Shown here: positions 33,214 through 46,048 of the stretch, piece after piece
How the letters are laid out: each line of letters starts with the position of its first letter
Numbering within the stretch: the first letter of the stretch is position 1
Assembly (NCBI RefSeq): GCF_036321535.1
Contig: NC_087437.1
Coordinates: 34,226,001 to 34,290,000 of the forward strand
From: Camelus dromedarius
Taxonomy: Eukaryota
Length of the DNA: 64,000 nt
Direction of reading: 5' to 3'
The notes under the pieces: model-generated
What the model saw: only the letters and a program-made list of their open reading frames with translations
Told to the model about the DNA's origin: nothing
The model's database searches: none
Program-made: the position numbers and the translations under genes

Positions 33214-34719
33214 ACTCGGTCTGGTGATTGCCGCTCTTTGACGCCTTCTCAGGAGGCAGCTGGGCAGCCCCAGCATGGCCCGGAGCCCAGAGCTGCTGAA
33301 CCTGTAGAGCAGCCCGTCCCCCGAGTTCTGCTGTTAGCTAACACCCGTAGCATAGAGGACACAAAAGCAGGTCTATTAACTCTGCTACTGCAACCACTTC
33401 AAGCTAATTATTTAAGTGAAGTGGTTTTGCTTTAATTATGGCACATCATTTAATGAAATTACATTTGACTACCCATAACTTTTGTTCAAGGAGCACTTCA
33501 TATACAGACACCTCTAATCAGAGCACAAAGCACTTAACAGACACTTAATCTGGTTAAATGGAGGTGAAAACCGTAATGCGTGACATTCTTCTTGCTGAGG
33601 GAAATCTCCAGCCATTATGTCTGAGCAAGATCAGGCTTTAAAAACAATGAGTAACTACCAGCATCCACTTAGTGTATTTTGAGGAACATGGGAAAAGCAT
33701 CCAAATTATATTTGTTCTCCCAAAGTTTTTTAAAAACCCACCTTGAAACCATCCTTGTCCCAAAATATAAAATGATGGAAATCATTGTACAATTGATTCA
33801 ATCTTTAAACAACCAGCAGAAAACACAACAGGGATTTTGATAGACAATCTGGCATAGGACATGGAAGTTATTTTGCCCAGAAAATAAATCACTTGCTGTA
33901 ATTTTATAGAAAAGGTGTAGCTGGTGCTCAGTAACTGCTCTTTGACCCGGCGGTGGTTTGCACCAGGCCACCTGCATCGACACCTCCCAACATCTGTAGC
34001 AGGAGAGACACCGTCCCTGCCGCTCCTGAGTCGGCGGTCCAGGGGCTGGGGCAGCTGACACTGACCAGGTCAAGTTGAGCCTCAGGGACAGACATGTTAG
34101 GAGTTTGTACTTTGTTCTGAGGGCATCGAGAAGTCATTGGAAGTTTTGCACAGCAGTCCGCCTGTCACTTTTGCATTGTTAAACCTTATCTCTGGCTGCA
34201 GAGTGGAGACTGGATGGAGAACAAGCAAGACTAGAAGCCAGGAGTCCAGCCAACAGGTACAGAGTGGGGCAGGGAGGAGGAGATAAGGAGATGGCTTGGG
34301 AAGAGATGGAGGCAGCAGCCTCTGAAAGGAACCTGGTGAATGACTGGACATTGGGTTGGGATGATTATGAGTCATTCAGTGGGTCTGAGTTGGTGCCCAG
34401 GAAGCTAAATGTCTTTAAGAAACACGAGCCAAGAGTTTTGGAAGAACACAGTGTTTCCCTCATCTTCACTTCATGATTGAGGAATTGGAGACCTAGAGCT
34501 GGTGAAGGATGTTCCTAGGTCACTTAGCCCGAAAATGTGGCTTCTCTCCTGCTTAGTAGGCACTGGAGGCTTCTTTCTGTTTGGGGGTTCTGCCTTTTGT
34601 TCCCGTCCAGCAAACCTGTGGGCAGATCTAGCACACAAGCCACTAGACCGAGCAACCTTTGAAGGAAACCTCCCATGGCCTCTGTGCTGGGAGACAAAGA
34701 CCTTAACAACATTTGTTGA

Positions 34720-34910
34720 GGGTTTGTCCTCATGTTAGGTTCCGGGCTATATATCATCTCATTTAATACAGCAGCATCATCCTTGTTGTGATGAGAAAAA
34801 CAGACTCAGAGAGGTTAATCATGTGTCTAAAGTCACATAGTTAGTAGTTGGTGGGGGTCCAAATTCAAGTCTGTCTGTTTCCAAGGGACACGCACAGCCT
34901 TACACCATTG
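34720..34910 (-). mobile_element. MIR SINE
   Basis: GATGAGAAAAACAGACTCAGAGAGGTTAA..AAAGTCACATAGTTAGTA. Confidence 0.75.
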
Positions 34911-35284
34911 TATGGTGTCTCCTCTGAGCAACAGCCACAGTGGGGTGTGAAGAACAAGGCTACCCCCTTTTACCACTGTAAAACTGCAAGATGGCATGTG
35001 GCCAAGCCCTTTTCAGCCAAAGCCCCATCTCAAGCCTGTGCGCGGCTGTGATCGCTCACTGTTGATGGGTACATCAATTAACACATCTGCTGAAATTTAA
35101 TACTTTAGTCAATCCTTGGCAAGCATTGTAGGTCTGACCTTCCACCCACTTAAAGAAAGTGTGGAGGCCTTTTCCACTGTCAGATATAAATGAAATCCAG
35201 ATGTCTATGACTTCAACCCCAGGCCAGATGTTTTAAATGTTAAGTTTCCTGCCCAGTGTATCTTTCACTAATCATTTTTTTTTT

Positions 35285-35522
35285 TTTAACTGCAGGCTGC
35301 AACCCGTTAGTGATCCTGAAATCAATTTAGTGGATCATAACAGCCTTTTAAATATTGGAATAGACTAGACTGGACTAGAGCAGAACAGAAAATATCAGAA
35401 TATATCCCATCAAGTAAAGGGTGTTGTTTTGTGAAACCTACATGTCAGTTGTGTTTGTACGCGATAATCAAAAGTATATTTTTTACTCTCGAGTTATGGT
35501 TGGAAAAAAAGGAAAACCACTG
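35285..35522. mobile_element. non-autonomous hAT-Charlie-type DNA transposon
   Basis: CTGCAGG..ACCCGTTAGTG..TGAAATCAATTTAGTGG..GAAAATATCAGA..ends AAACCACTG, a hAT-like terminus. Confidence 0.6.
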
Positions 35523-35999
35523 CTTTGGAGGGTTCTGCCATCCTTCCTTTATGGTTCCTTTGCCCATGGAGAAAGTTAACTTACAAACAAAGAAACAGAA
35601 AGGAAAGGAAAAATGGCAGGCGGAGTCTTCAAGCAGAAAGGAAGGTAACAGCTCACGATAAAGGGAGATGTTCTTGTCAACAAGTCATCCCAGACCAGTG
35701 TCCTCAGAGAGACTCTTCCATGCCCAGTAAATGATTTTGTTGTATCAACTTTACTTTCCCACGTCTCAGGATTGCTTTGGAATACTGCTTTGTGGATATT
35801 CGATCATTTGGCTTTCTGGAGGCTGCAACGTGAAACAAAGAAGTATGTGTGCTTCTTTTTTAACTTTTTTTTTTTAAATCTCTTGCAATTGGGTGTAATT
35901 TAATCAGTGTAGAAATTAAAGATACTTTTCTCTTAGGTTAGCATTCTCTGTCCAGCCCAAGACTGGCTGCTGCTCCTGAGACCTTCTTCTTCTTCTTCT

Positions 36000-36210
36000 T
36001 TTTTTTTATGGACGTATAGTCAGTTTACAATGTTGTGTCAGTTTCTGGTGTACAGCATAATGCTTCGGTCATACATGAATATACATATATTCATTTTTGT
36101 ATTATTTTTCACCATAAGCCACTGCAAGATATTGAATATAGTTCCCTGTGCTATACAGTTTAAACTTGTTTGTCTATTTTACATATACCAGTCAGCATCT
36201 GCAAATTTTT
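36000..36210 (-). mobile_element. young artiodactyl-type L1 3' UTR
   Basis: (CTT)n/poly-T tail, then GTATAGTCAGTTTACAATGTTGTGTCAGTTTCTGGTGTACAGCATA...GATATTGAATATAGTTCCCTGTGCTATACAG. Confidence 0.9.
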
Positions 36211-38334
36211 CAACTTTTTATGATGGAAAAATTGTAAATGTATACAAAGCAGTCAGGAGAGTTCAGTGAAACCCCATGCGCTATCACCCATCTTCAACAA
36301 TGACTAGGTTGTAGCCAATCTGGTTTCATCCGTACCTTACCCACTTCCCAGGTAGTCTATCATTTTATCCATAAACACTTCAATATGTGTTGAAAGAGGT
36401 GATTTTTGAACATTTCTGTCTACTAGGTTCCTCCAAATCGGATCTTCACATGTGGCAGCTGAAGGGAACTGTGCTCCCCGAGCCATGAGGTTTTGGCCAA
36501 AACACAAGAACAAGCAGTCAGGCCCCCTAAAAAGTAGGTCAGATATTTTATGTTCCCTGATAACCAAAGACCCCAAAAAGGAAGTTGGATTACATCCCCC
36601 AAGACAACATCCAAGAAAAAAAAAAAAGAAACAGAATGGTTTTATGAAAAGTAGAACAGCGTAGACATAAATTAAGAGCTCGTTGTCACCATAGCTGACT
36701 TCCAGAGACTGTCTGTTCCAACGCTGGCATGTTGCAGATGAAGTCGGCCAGAGAGATATAAGGACTCCAGATAAAGGGGCAGAGGACAGCTCTCTGGATC
36801 TTCAGTCCACATAAGCTAAGTAGTACATGCATACTCAAAATAGGAGAGAGAATGTTAATGAAGGGGTTCCTGCCAGTCAGGAAGGAGAGCTGACTGTGAC
36901 TTCAGACGTCTTCCCATCGATATTCTAGATCTTCATTTTTCATGAGTCAAATCCTTGTACCTTTCACCGCCTGCAGATCAATTCTACTTTTAAAGGAAAC
37001 TCAACATTCCAAATCTTCCTCAAACAACTGATTCTTTCCTTGTCATTTTCCTGGCTCTGCCCTGCCTCAGGGTCAAGAGCAAACTCCTCAGCCAGGCCTT
37101 CCATGGCCACCCGTCCCCTGGCTTCCACCCCACTCATCTCCACACAGCCTACATGTTGCCCAGCTGGTTTTCTCTTTGTCCCCCGATGCCCCAGGCTGAT
37201 TCCCCCTCCAGTCCTTGTGAGGATGCTCTCTTGTATAGATCCTTCCTTCATCCTCTCACCTCAGACCTTATCTGTCCTTCTCTGCGTCCCTCAACTCTCT
37301 AGGCTTTGGAAGCCTGTGCTGTCAGTCAGACTTCTACCCCTCCCCTTGTCAGGAAGCCTGCAATATTTTCAAGGCTTCATTCACACTGGTGTGTTCGAAC
37401 ACTGCTTTTTAACTATCTTACCTTGGTTCACCTAGTGATCTAATCTGGTCCCTCCTCTCCTTGAGGTTAATAACTGAGTATTCTCCTTTTGTGAACTGTC
37501 TCTTACAGTGAATTAAATAGGGGCCACCTGTCAGTCAAGGCAGCAGGGCGCTGCAGAATCAGCTTTGGAATCAGTTCCCAGGTTACAACCCCAGCTCCAC
37601 TGCTCAGTAGCCATGTGACTGTGAACAAGTTAAGTGATCTTCCTGAGCCTCAATCTCCTCCTGGAACTTGGGGGCAATAATATCTACCTAGCAGGGTAAA
37701 TACAAAAATATCTGCTTACCCAGATAGTATTTAGAATCTATAGGGATACGTTTGGAAGCTACCGAATAGTTTCATGCCACATCACTGAGGGGATAGAAAC
37801 ACAGATTTAGTTCTATCATCATTACTTTCCCAGAAGCAACGCCAAGATAAAAATGTGCCATAAACCAAGCCCATGGAAGTTTGAGTCAAACACTGTTCCT
37901 ACTGAAAGGGTCCTACAGATACTATTGTTAGCAGTAATTTGTACAGACTCAGCAGGAAGTACAGCAGGTGCTGGGAGGCAGAATTAGTCCAGGTAACTAA
38001 CACGGAGCTGCTGCAGCAGATCAGCCTGAGCACTCAGTGGTTTCATCTAACATGAAGTTCACTGTTGTTGCTGTTGTGGCTGCTCAGAAGCTGTCCTCCA
38101 TCATGTAACTATGAACTTGAAAATGTGACCCTAAGACCACCGCAGCAAAAGAGAGATATAAAAAGGAAGCAGCACTCTCTTTCCGCTAACCATGAAACGG
38201 CGGGAGCACGTGCACTGACGGTAGGTAGCAGGCAGCTCGGGTCCCAAGTTTCCTTTGACTATGGTGATACTGTTTGTATCAGCCATCATTTATTTCCTAA
38301 ACTTAAAGACCTTTTTTTTTTTTTGCCTTATTTT

Positions 38335-38757
38335 ATTTATTTATTTAATTGAAGCATAGTCTGTTTAAAACACTGTGTCAGTTTCTGGTGTACAGCATAA
38401 TGTTTCAGTTATACAACTACATACATATATTCTTTTCATATTCTTTTTGTTATAGATTAAGACAAGATATTGAATATAGTTCCATGTGCTATACAGTAGA
38501 AACTGGTTGTTTATGTATTTTATACATAGTAGTGTCTGAAATCTAGAACTCCTGCTTTATCCCTTCCCACCCTCCTCCCCCCTAGTAACCATATGTATGT
38601 TTTCTGTGTGAGTCTGTCTCTGTTTTGTAAATAAGTTAATTTGTGTCATTTTTTTTTAGATTCCACATCTGAGTGATATCATATGGTATTTTTCTTCCTC
38701 TTTCTGGCTTACTTTACTTATGATGATGATCTCCAGGTCCATCCATGTTGCACCAAA
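38335..38757 (-). mobile_element. young L1 3' end with TSD
   Basis: L1 3' UTR extending to CCAGGTCCATCCATGTTGC; TSD TTTGCCTTATTTT at 38322-38334 and 38758-38770. Confidence 0.9.
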
Positions 38758-39659
38758 TTTGCCTTATTTTTTTTAACTTAAAAAATTTTAATACAATTTT
38801 TAAAGGTTACTTTCCATTTATAGTTAGAAAGTATTGGCTCTATTCCTTGTGTATCAGCCATCGCCTGAGATAGAAACTGTGCTTCTGGGCCAGGGCAAAG
38901 CTCTGCTGGAGATCTCCACCTGCTGCCAGCCCGGGCCAGACTCCCTCAGGTGGAGGTGACCTACAGGGGCGAGCAGAGGGATGGCTCTACAGAGAATAGC
39001 GGGCCATCCAAGGACCCAGTCTCTCTCTGCTTGCTCCCTCAACTTCTGCAAACAGCCTCAGGGCTGCCTGTTTGCCCAGCCCTCCCCTCCTCCCTTGTCC
39101 TTCTCACTTCTTTCTGTTTGTATGGACTTTGGCCTTCCCACCTGTTGGAGCTAAAATGGTGGAGGGGGAGAGGCTGGCTGGCTCCCCAGGGCAGTCTGGG
39201 CCCAAAGTCCTCAGCTCCCCTGTGAGGCCTGTGGTCTCTGACAACAGCGATCGTGTGACTTCTGTGCACACAGTCAGTGCCCAATACATATCTACCAGTA
39301 GGGCTATAAGTCCTCCTGCAGTGAGGTTTAGAGAATGTGGGTTGGAGTCAGCCACACTTTCATTCAAATTTTGGCTCTGCTGTTTCCTAGGTCTCAGACC
39401 TTGACAACATTATCTAATACCTCTGAGTGCCAGTTCATGGTGCTGGCAGGTCAGTGTGCACAGTACCTGCTCTTAAGTGTGCTTGCATCACCTCTGGTTC
39501 TCAAAGGCAAAGCAACACAAAGACACTTAGGATGCAGTGAGCACTCTAACACTGGCAGTGACTGTCATCATTATTAGACAGCTTCTCAAAGGCAAAAAAT
39601 CATGTCTGACTCATCTTTTATCCCTAGTATTGTCCTGCACATATTCATAAAGCTAAACT

Positions 39660-39950
39660 GGTTGAATTCATTCTCCCAACATATACTTGTTGGATGCGTT
39701 CTCTGTGCCAGTGGGGCAGGGGACACAAAGTGACAGGCAGAGTCCTGCCTTGTGGAGTTACTATCTAAAGGGGAAAGAACGACAGTAAATAAACGACCAA
39801 ATAAAATTCCATGAAGTGGCAAGTGTGCTGAGGAAAAATGCAGGGGATCAGAGCTAGCGAGGGGAGCACTGTTTTAGATGGTGTGATCCTGGAATGCCTC
39901 ACTGAGGAGGTGACACGGGAGCAGATGCCTAGGGGTACACGGGAGCCGTG
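39660..39950 (-). mobile_element. LINE-2 3' end
   Basis: ATTCATTC..CAACATATAC..CTCTGTGCCAG..GGGGACACA..GTCCTGCCTTGTGGAG..GCCTCACTGAGGAGGTGACA. Confidence 0.75.
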
Positions 39951-40354
39951 GAAACACTGTGTCATGGACAGAATGGCTACAGTCCACTCACTGTCCCAGA
40001 TCAACACCGTGGTGGGTTTTGATGCTTGGATCAGCATGACATTAATATTTCTTATTTTTAAGTGGCCTGGAGTTTAAAGGGCGCCCGTCCTTGTTCTTGC
40101 CATGCCTCCCCTCTTAGCTCTAACTACTGAACAAAGCCATCTCCCTTCTCCTGCTTCTTTTTTCTCCAGGCACTTCATTCAAATTTTATAGTCCTTCCTT
40201 CCCTCTTCTGTTCCAAAACCACTTTGATCTTTCTGTCCTTTTCCTCTCTTAAGTGTTCTGTGGCCCTTTTCTGCAGAAGATGCACATTTTCAGCAAAGCT
40301 CTCATCGCCGTGCCCTCTGAGACTATCACAGAACAGCTAAAAGTGCTGAGCACA

Positions 40355-40640
40355 TTAGGGAGGCGAGAGTCGCAGACGGGGAAGGTCAGAGAGAGCTGAG
40401 CCAACAGAACTGCCCGGGCAGCCGTCCCGGGGCAGGTGCGGTGGCTCGTGGGCCGGCATGGCTCTTAGGGGGTCTCAGAAACCAGGAGACCGCCGCCTGG
40501 ATGCCCGGAGCTGACTCTGTGTTAGTGCTTCAGCCATGAAGCTGCCGTCCTCTCCTGCCAGCCGGGGCTGCTGCCTCCGGTTCTGGAGGGCTGTGGTGTG
40601 CCTGGGCCTCAGAGGTGGCCTCGGGGCGGTCCAGCCATGC
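40355..40640. promoter_or_regulatory. small GC/CpG-rich patch (mini CpG island)
   Basis: Visibly many CpGs (e.g. CTGCCCGGGCAGCCGTCCCGGGGCAGGTGCGG, GACCGCCGCC) against a CpG-depleted background. Confidence 0.4.
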
Positions 40641-41639
40641 AAAGAGTTTATCAGCTTTTCTTGGCTGCAGCAACCCAAAGTAGGGCCACGACAAAGCTGG
40701 GGGACATTCACTGCAGCGGCATCTGCAACGGTCATCTGCATACTATCATCGCAATCTTTACTGCATCTTACACCACTTGTATGATTTCTTATCTCATATT
40801 CCACTTGAAGCTGACTCACTGTTCTTCCTTTATTTTCAAGGAAATCTTTATGTCAAGGCTGGAAAAAAAAAAAAAAGGAAACTAGTAACGGACAAAAAAA
40901 TAAATACAATGAAAACCAAACAATGGTATCAATGTTAGTCCAGACACTGTTGCCTGCCAAATGCGCTGCACTTAAGATTATGTGTTTCCTTACTTCTCTC
41001 TGCTAAAATGAAAAAAAAAGAAGATAGATTAGCAAGTGTCACAGGAGGTGTGAAAGATATAGGAGAACTTGTGTTTTGACTTTATCAGGATGGATAGAGA
41101 ATTGAGAAGGAAAAAATATTCTAATACTCATTCAATGTTATGAAATACTGTGTCCAAGGCACATAGTAACATATAAGGAAATCCAACAGTAGGTTTGGAT
41201 ACAGCCCCTGCTCTTGCTGCTGCCTGCATGGTGATCTCACGTGGGTTCTGGCCGTGACACAGCCCTGGCCCCACCAAGCAGGTTCCCAACCCAGGCAGCC
41301 TGCCGTGCGCCCCCTCATGGGAAGGGCCCTGGCAGCCACACAATAGTTATAATTCGTTGTGCCCTTGTTACGTGCCACGGTCTTAACAGAGAGTGTCTGA
41401 TTTTCAAGTCTCACATTAAACCTCCAAAGCATGTATTATTATTATTTGTATTTTAGAAATAAAGAAGCTAAGTTACGTCACAGCTCAACCTCATGGTGTC
41501 TTACTCCAAAGTCCTTGCCCTGATCACTGTCCTCCACTCTTTCCCTCCTGGGGAGATAAATAAGCTCTCCGAGTTCCTTGTAAAACCACTGATTCTGCTC
41601 AGAGGAGTGATTTGCAAATTCTTTGTTTAAACTTTTGCT

Positions 41640-42275
41640 TCAGTGTTCTCCTGTTGTGTAACAAGCTATAGGAAAGCATAGTGGAATAAAATAACATTCA
41701 TTTTAAACAGAATTCTGAGGTCCACGACAAGGCAAGTGGGATGGGCTTGTCCCTGCTCCACGGGATGTCTGCTGGAGACGGAACTTCCCAGAGGGCGTCT
41801 TCTTGTCTGCTAGAATGGCTCAGGCAGCTGGGGGCCGGCCGGATGCGGGGGTGGGGTAGGGGTGGAGGGAGTGTCCGTGCCTCTGGTTGCCTCTCTGCCA
41901 TGTGGTCTCTTCAGCAAGGGGGCACTTCTTAGATGGTGGCTGAGGCTCCAAGAGCCTGCTTGTCAAGGGGGAGGTGGAAGCTGCCATCCTCTTAAAGGCT
42001 GGTGCAGCATCACTTCCATCACTTCTTTTGGGGGAGGTAGTTTATCATTTATTTGTTTGTTTGTTTGTTTTAATGGAGGCACTGGGGATTGAACCCAGGA
42101 CCTCGTGCATGCATGCTAAGCATGCACTCTACCACTGAGCTATACCCTCTTCCCACCACTGCCACACTCTGATTAAAGCCATCACAGGGCCAGGCCAGAC
42201 TCAAGAGCAGGGTAAATAAACTGCACCTCTTAATGGGAAAGTGAAAGAATTTCTGGCCATCTTTCATCTACTGCA
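41640..42275 (-). mobile_element. MLT1 (H-like) MaLR LTR interrupted by a Vic-1 SINE
   Basis: TGTGTAACAA..GGCAGCTGGGG..CCATGTGGTCTCT..GGAAGCTGCCA..[SINE]..TCACAGGGCCAGGCCAGACTCAAG..CACCTCTTAATGGGA..GCCATCTTTCATCTACTGCA. Confidence 0.75.
42026..42154 (-). mobile_element. Vic-1-type SINE
   Basis: GGGGGAGGTAG..(TTTG)n..AATGGAGGCACTGGGGATTGAACCCAGGACCTCGTGCATGCATGCTAAGCATGCACTCTACCACTGAGCTATACCCT. Confidence 0.92.
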
Positions 42276-42303
42276 ACTTTGAAAACTTTGAGAGGCTAAA
42301 TCT

Positions 42304-42343
42304 CACACACACACACACACACGCACACGCACACGCACACGCA
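42304..42343. repeat. (CA)n-(CGCACA)n alternating purine-pyrimidine microsatellite
   Basis: Directly visible. Confidence 0.95.
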
Positions 42344-42479
42344 GGTGAAACTGACAAACAGAGGGAGGTATATTGGTTTGAAGGAGGCTGCAGCCCTCTC
42401 TGCTGCTTACTTAGATTTTGGTTGAAACCAAGTTCTCTAGGGAAGACAATTTTTAAAGACTGGCCTGGATGACATCAGA

Positions 42480-42967
42480 AGAACAAAACTCAAACTCTGG
42501 GCTATGGCCTTCAAGGCCCTCCGTGACTCTGCCTCTGCTGCTGCTCTGATCTCGCCTGGACCCATCGTCCCAGCCCACCCTACACCTGCTTTCTGAGCTC
42601 TGCCCTACCAGCCTTCTTTCTGTTCTTCAAACACAGTCCTCCCACAGGGGCTTTACATGAGATAATCCCAGTTCTTCACATGATGGGCTCCATCCTGCAA
42701 TTCAGATCAGCAAGAACCTCCCTACGTAAGGCAGCCCTCCCCAAGCCCCAAGCACTTTCTCCTGCAATAACCTGCCTTCTTTCCCTTATAATACTTAATA
42801 TCTAGAATATATTTTACTAAATAGCTCCCCAAGGGCAGGGACCTCACCTGTCTAGTTCACTGCTGTCATTCCTGACACCCAGCACAGTGCCTGTCACTTC
42901 CTACACTCGATAAATATTCACTGAACAATATGTGATTAGTTGAATGAATGAATGAATGAATGAATGA
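42480..42967 (+). mobile_element. LINE-2 3' end with (TGAA)n tail
   Basis: TGGCCTTCAAGGCCCT...AGGGCAGGGACC..TTCACTGCTG..CAGCACAGTGCCTG..ATAAATATT..TGAATGAATGAATGAA. Confidence 0.85.
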
Positions 42968-45469
42968 CTAACCTTAAGTGAAAAGCTGTTTTGCTCTGTC
43001 TTTTCTTCCCCATGTGTTCCCAGGGCATTTCAGAAGAGAATGGATCCCTTGGGATTCTGTGATTCACAGTTCCTGTGCAGGAAACAACAATATTAATATA
43101 ATTTAAAAAAAAACAAAAACGCAACCTTGACAGGGGCTCAGTCACTCCCCCTCCTTCCAGCCCAGGTCTCTCAAGACTCTATAAGTACCCTTCCAAATCA
43201 AATGGTCTCAAAGGGAGGCCATGTCTGTAGACAGACCTGCCTGATCAAATTCACAGAGAGTCTGAACAAAACATTCCCTGCAGCACTGTGAGAATCCCTG
43301 CCAACAACTGCTCTGGGACATGGCCTTTGTGTAGCTCTATGCCCCTGGGTCCATGACGCTCAGTGACGGACAAGGATGGTACTTCCCCATGCTCTTCCCC
43401 ATGACAAGTGCCCAGCTGAGTATCCCATCTGTGCCCTGGTTATTTCAGCTTCACTGTGCCCAATGGTGATATGAAGTCCAAGTGTCCCCTGTGGCCACTC
43501 TTTCTGAGAACCCAGCCGGGTGAAGCCAAGCCTTAAAGGGACCCTGTCAACTTGAAGCTCAGAGCTGTGAAATGAGACCTTTGTCCCTGAGACTCTATTG
43601 ATAAACAAGAGAAAGGAGTGTTCATTCCTAGGTGGTGCCATCCCTTTGGACAGAGCTGACAGAAAGGGCATCTTCCACTGCTGACCAAAGGCATCTATGA
43701 GTGACCAAAGACCAGCCTCAGTCCTATGGCTCTAAAGAAGGCCTCTGTTTAGAACACGGTTCTCATGACAAATAGCTTTTGTGCTATCGCAGAGTAAGCT
43801 GTTCATTATTAGAGGGTTCTGAAAAATTCACTTGGGATGGCCACTTCAACATAAAGATTTCCCTGTTCCCACCCTATGGAAGACTTTTTTCTTACATAGC
43901 ACAAAAAATATTATGATCACTATTAAGGAATTCCAGAAAAAGAAGAAATAGCTCTTGCTTGTAATTTCTTCGTGAATGTGGTCTTTGTGTCCCGGGGCTA
44001 GACCAGGCATGGGGGAAAATCACAGACGTAAGATCTAACCTCAGCAGGGACTGGTCTCCAGGCCGACCCCATTTGTGACTGGAACTCTCACTCTTCCTGC
44101 TCCCATAACTGTCACCCCAGGGCTGCCGCCAGCTCCTGCCATGTCACCTAGAGGTGCCAGAGGACACACTCCACCCTCAGCAGGTGCCAACAGCACTCCA
44201 CAGTGGAGGAAGCCAGGCTGCCCCAAGTATTGCGTGTCTTTCAGCCAAGCCCCAGCCTTTTGCTCTTGATTGTTCCCCTTTGCGATTCCCTGGTTGGGAG
44301 GGGTGGTGTGTAGTTTAGTTGAGAGACTCCTTCTCCAACACCAAAACGAAGTCTAGAAACAAGGCTGTATCTTTGACTGTCTCTTGCTTCAGTGGCGTTC
44401 TCCACTCTCCTCCATCTCCTAAGGACCCCTGGGCTCAGGCAGCCATTATTTATTTTTCTTCACCTCAATGCTGACTGTAAGTCCCAATGCCCACTTACCC
44501 GTTTATCCCAAAGAGTCCTCGTGCCACTAGGAATCCTGGTGGCCTGCTTTGCAATCCCCTAAAAGCATGAGGATTTGCACTACCCTGACTTCTCTGACCA
44601 GAGAATAATTAACCTAAATTTGGTCACACTGAAAACTCACTATGGCAAATGTGGCAAAGGAAAGATTTTCTTTCCTCAGACATACTGTCTATGGATGGAG
44701 AATTTTTTGTAGATAATAACAGTCTGTACTTTAGGGACTAATGGAAGCCGACAGGCATTCTGTGAAGGAGCCACAGTTTTAGCACTTCTTAATTTTATGC
44801 AGCCTCCAACCCCTCCCCCAAACTCAGTAATTGTGCCTGAAGGCTTCAGAAAAGATCCCCAAGGTCATCCAGGTCATCAGCATCATGACGTAGCTCAGGA
44901 TGGATTGGGAGGTGCTGCCCCAGAGACAGTGGGTCTTGGTTTGTCCTGTGCTACCTTGCTCTCTTCGCCTCTGCAACTGCCCTTTAAGGCGGTGGTTCTA
45001 AAAATGTGAGCCAAGGCTCTTTTGGCTTGGAGCATTAATCTCCACAGTGTGTACTTTAGGGGCATGAATTAATAATTAAGTTGTCATCAATTTACTTGTG
45101 ATAGCCCTTCTCGGTGTCTCATCAGGAACACCACCACCCATCAGGAGAGCCTTTTTTGTACCCACAAATAGGAGATTTCCAGGACGGGAGGAAAAAAGAA
45201 AAAGGAGCAGTCCAGAGACTGGAACTGTGCAGAGAGATCTGTGACCCAGAGTATAACACGAAACGCTCAGGCCTCATTTAAGAGAAAGTTCTAGAGTCAC
45301 TCCTGGGGTGGGGCCCTACACAGTTCACCATGGGCAAACCGCTGCCCCAGCCCCATTTAAAAACTTGGAAATAGAAAGCCATCATATAATAATCATGCAG
45401 ATCAGAACTGTCCAAGGATTCTAAAACCAGGGAACTGAAGTGTGAGACAACCAGCATATTTACACACAC

Positions 45470-46048
45470 CTACAAGCTACTTGTTAATTGCACAGGGAAA
45501 ACAATAACCTTAGTGTGGAGAAACCTGCCAGAGCCATCTAAGCCAATTGATCCACACAACATCATGAACGGCACACGTAGACATCATGCACCCTCTGACA
45601 GGGTGCAGCAAAAAGGCTGTTCTTGCAGAAATGCAAACCCTGAACATAAGCATGAGGAAACATTGCACAAATCCTGTCTGAAGGACATGCTACAAGGTAA
45701 GTGGCCAGCATCCTTCAAAAGTGTCAAGGTCGTGAAAAACGAAGACTGAGGAACTGTCCCAGATTTAAAGGGACTAAGGAGATCTGGCAACTTAGTATCA
45801 TGTGTGATCCTGGATTTGGATCCTGGTTCAGAAAAGGAACAAAAATGGGACACCTGATAATTTAAATAAGGTCTGTAGGTGAATTAAACTGTATTGATGT
45901 AGACTCCCTGGTCTTGATCATCGCACTGTAGTTACATAAGATACTAACATTTGGGGAGTCTGATTAAAGAGTGTCTGAGAATTTTTTTCTACTATTCTCC
46001 CAATATTTTGAAAGCCTAAAACTATTTCAAAAGGAAAAGTTAAAAACA
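45470..46048 (+). mobile_element. L1MC/L1MD-type 3' UTR
   Basis: GTGGAGAAACCTG...TCCTTCAAAAGTGTCAAGGTCGTGAAA..GACTGAGGAACTGTCCCAGATT..GTGTGATCCTGGATTTGGATCCTGG..CTAAAACTATTTCAAAA; related to 15770-16335. Confidence 0.85.

Noticed and set aside
33016..33435. Pro-rich and Gly-rich ORFs
   Set aside because: Artefacts of the G-rich tandem repeat.
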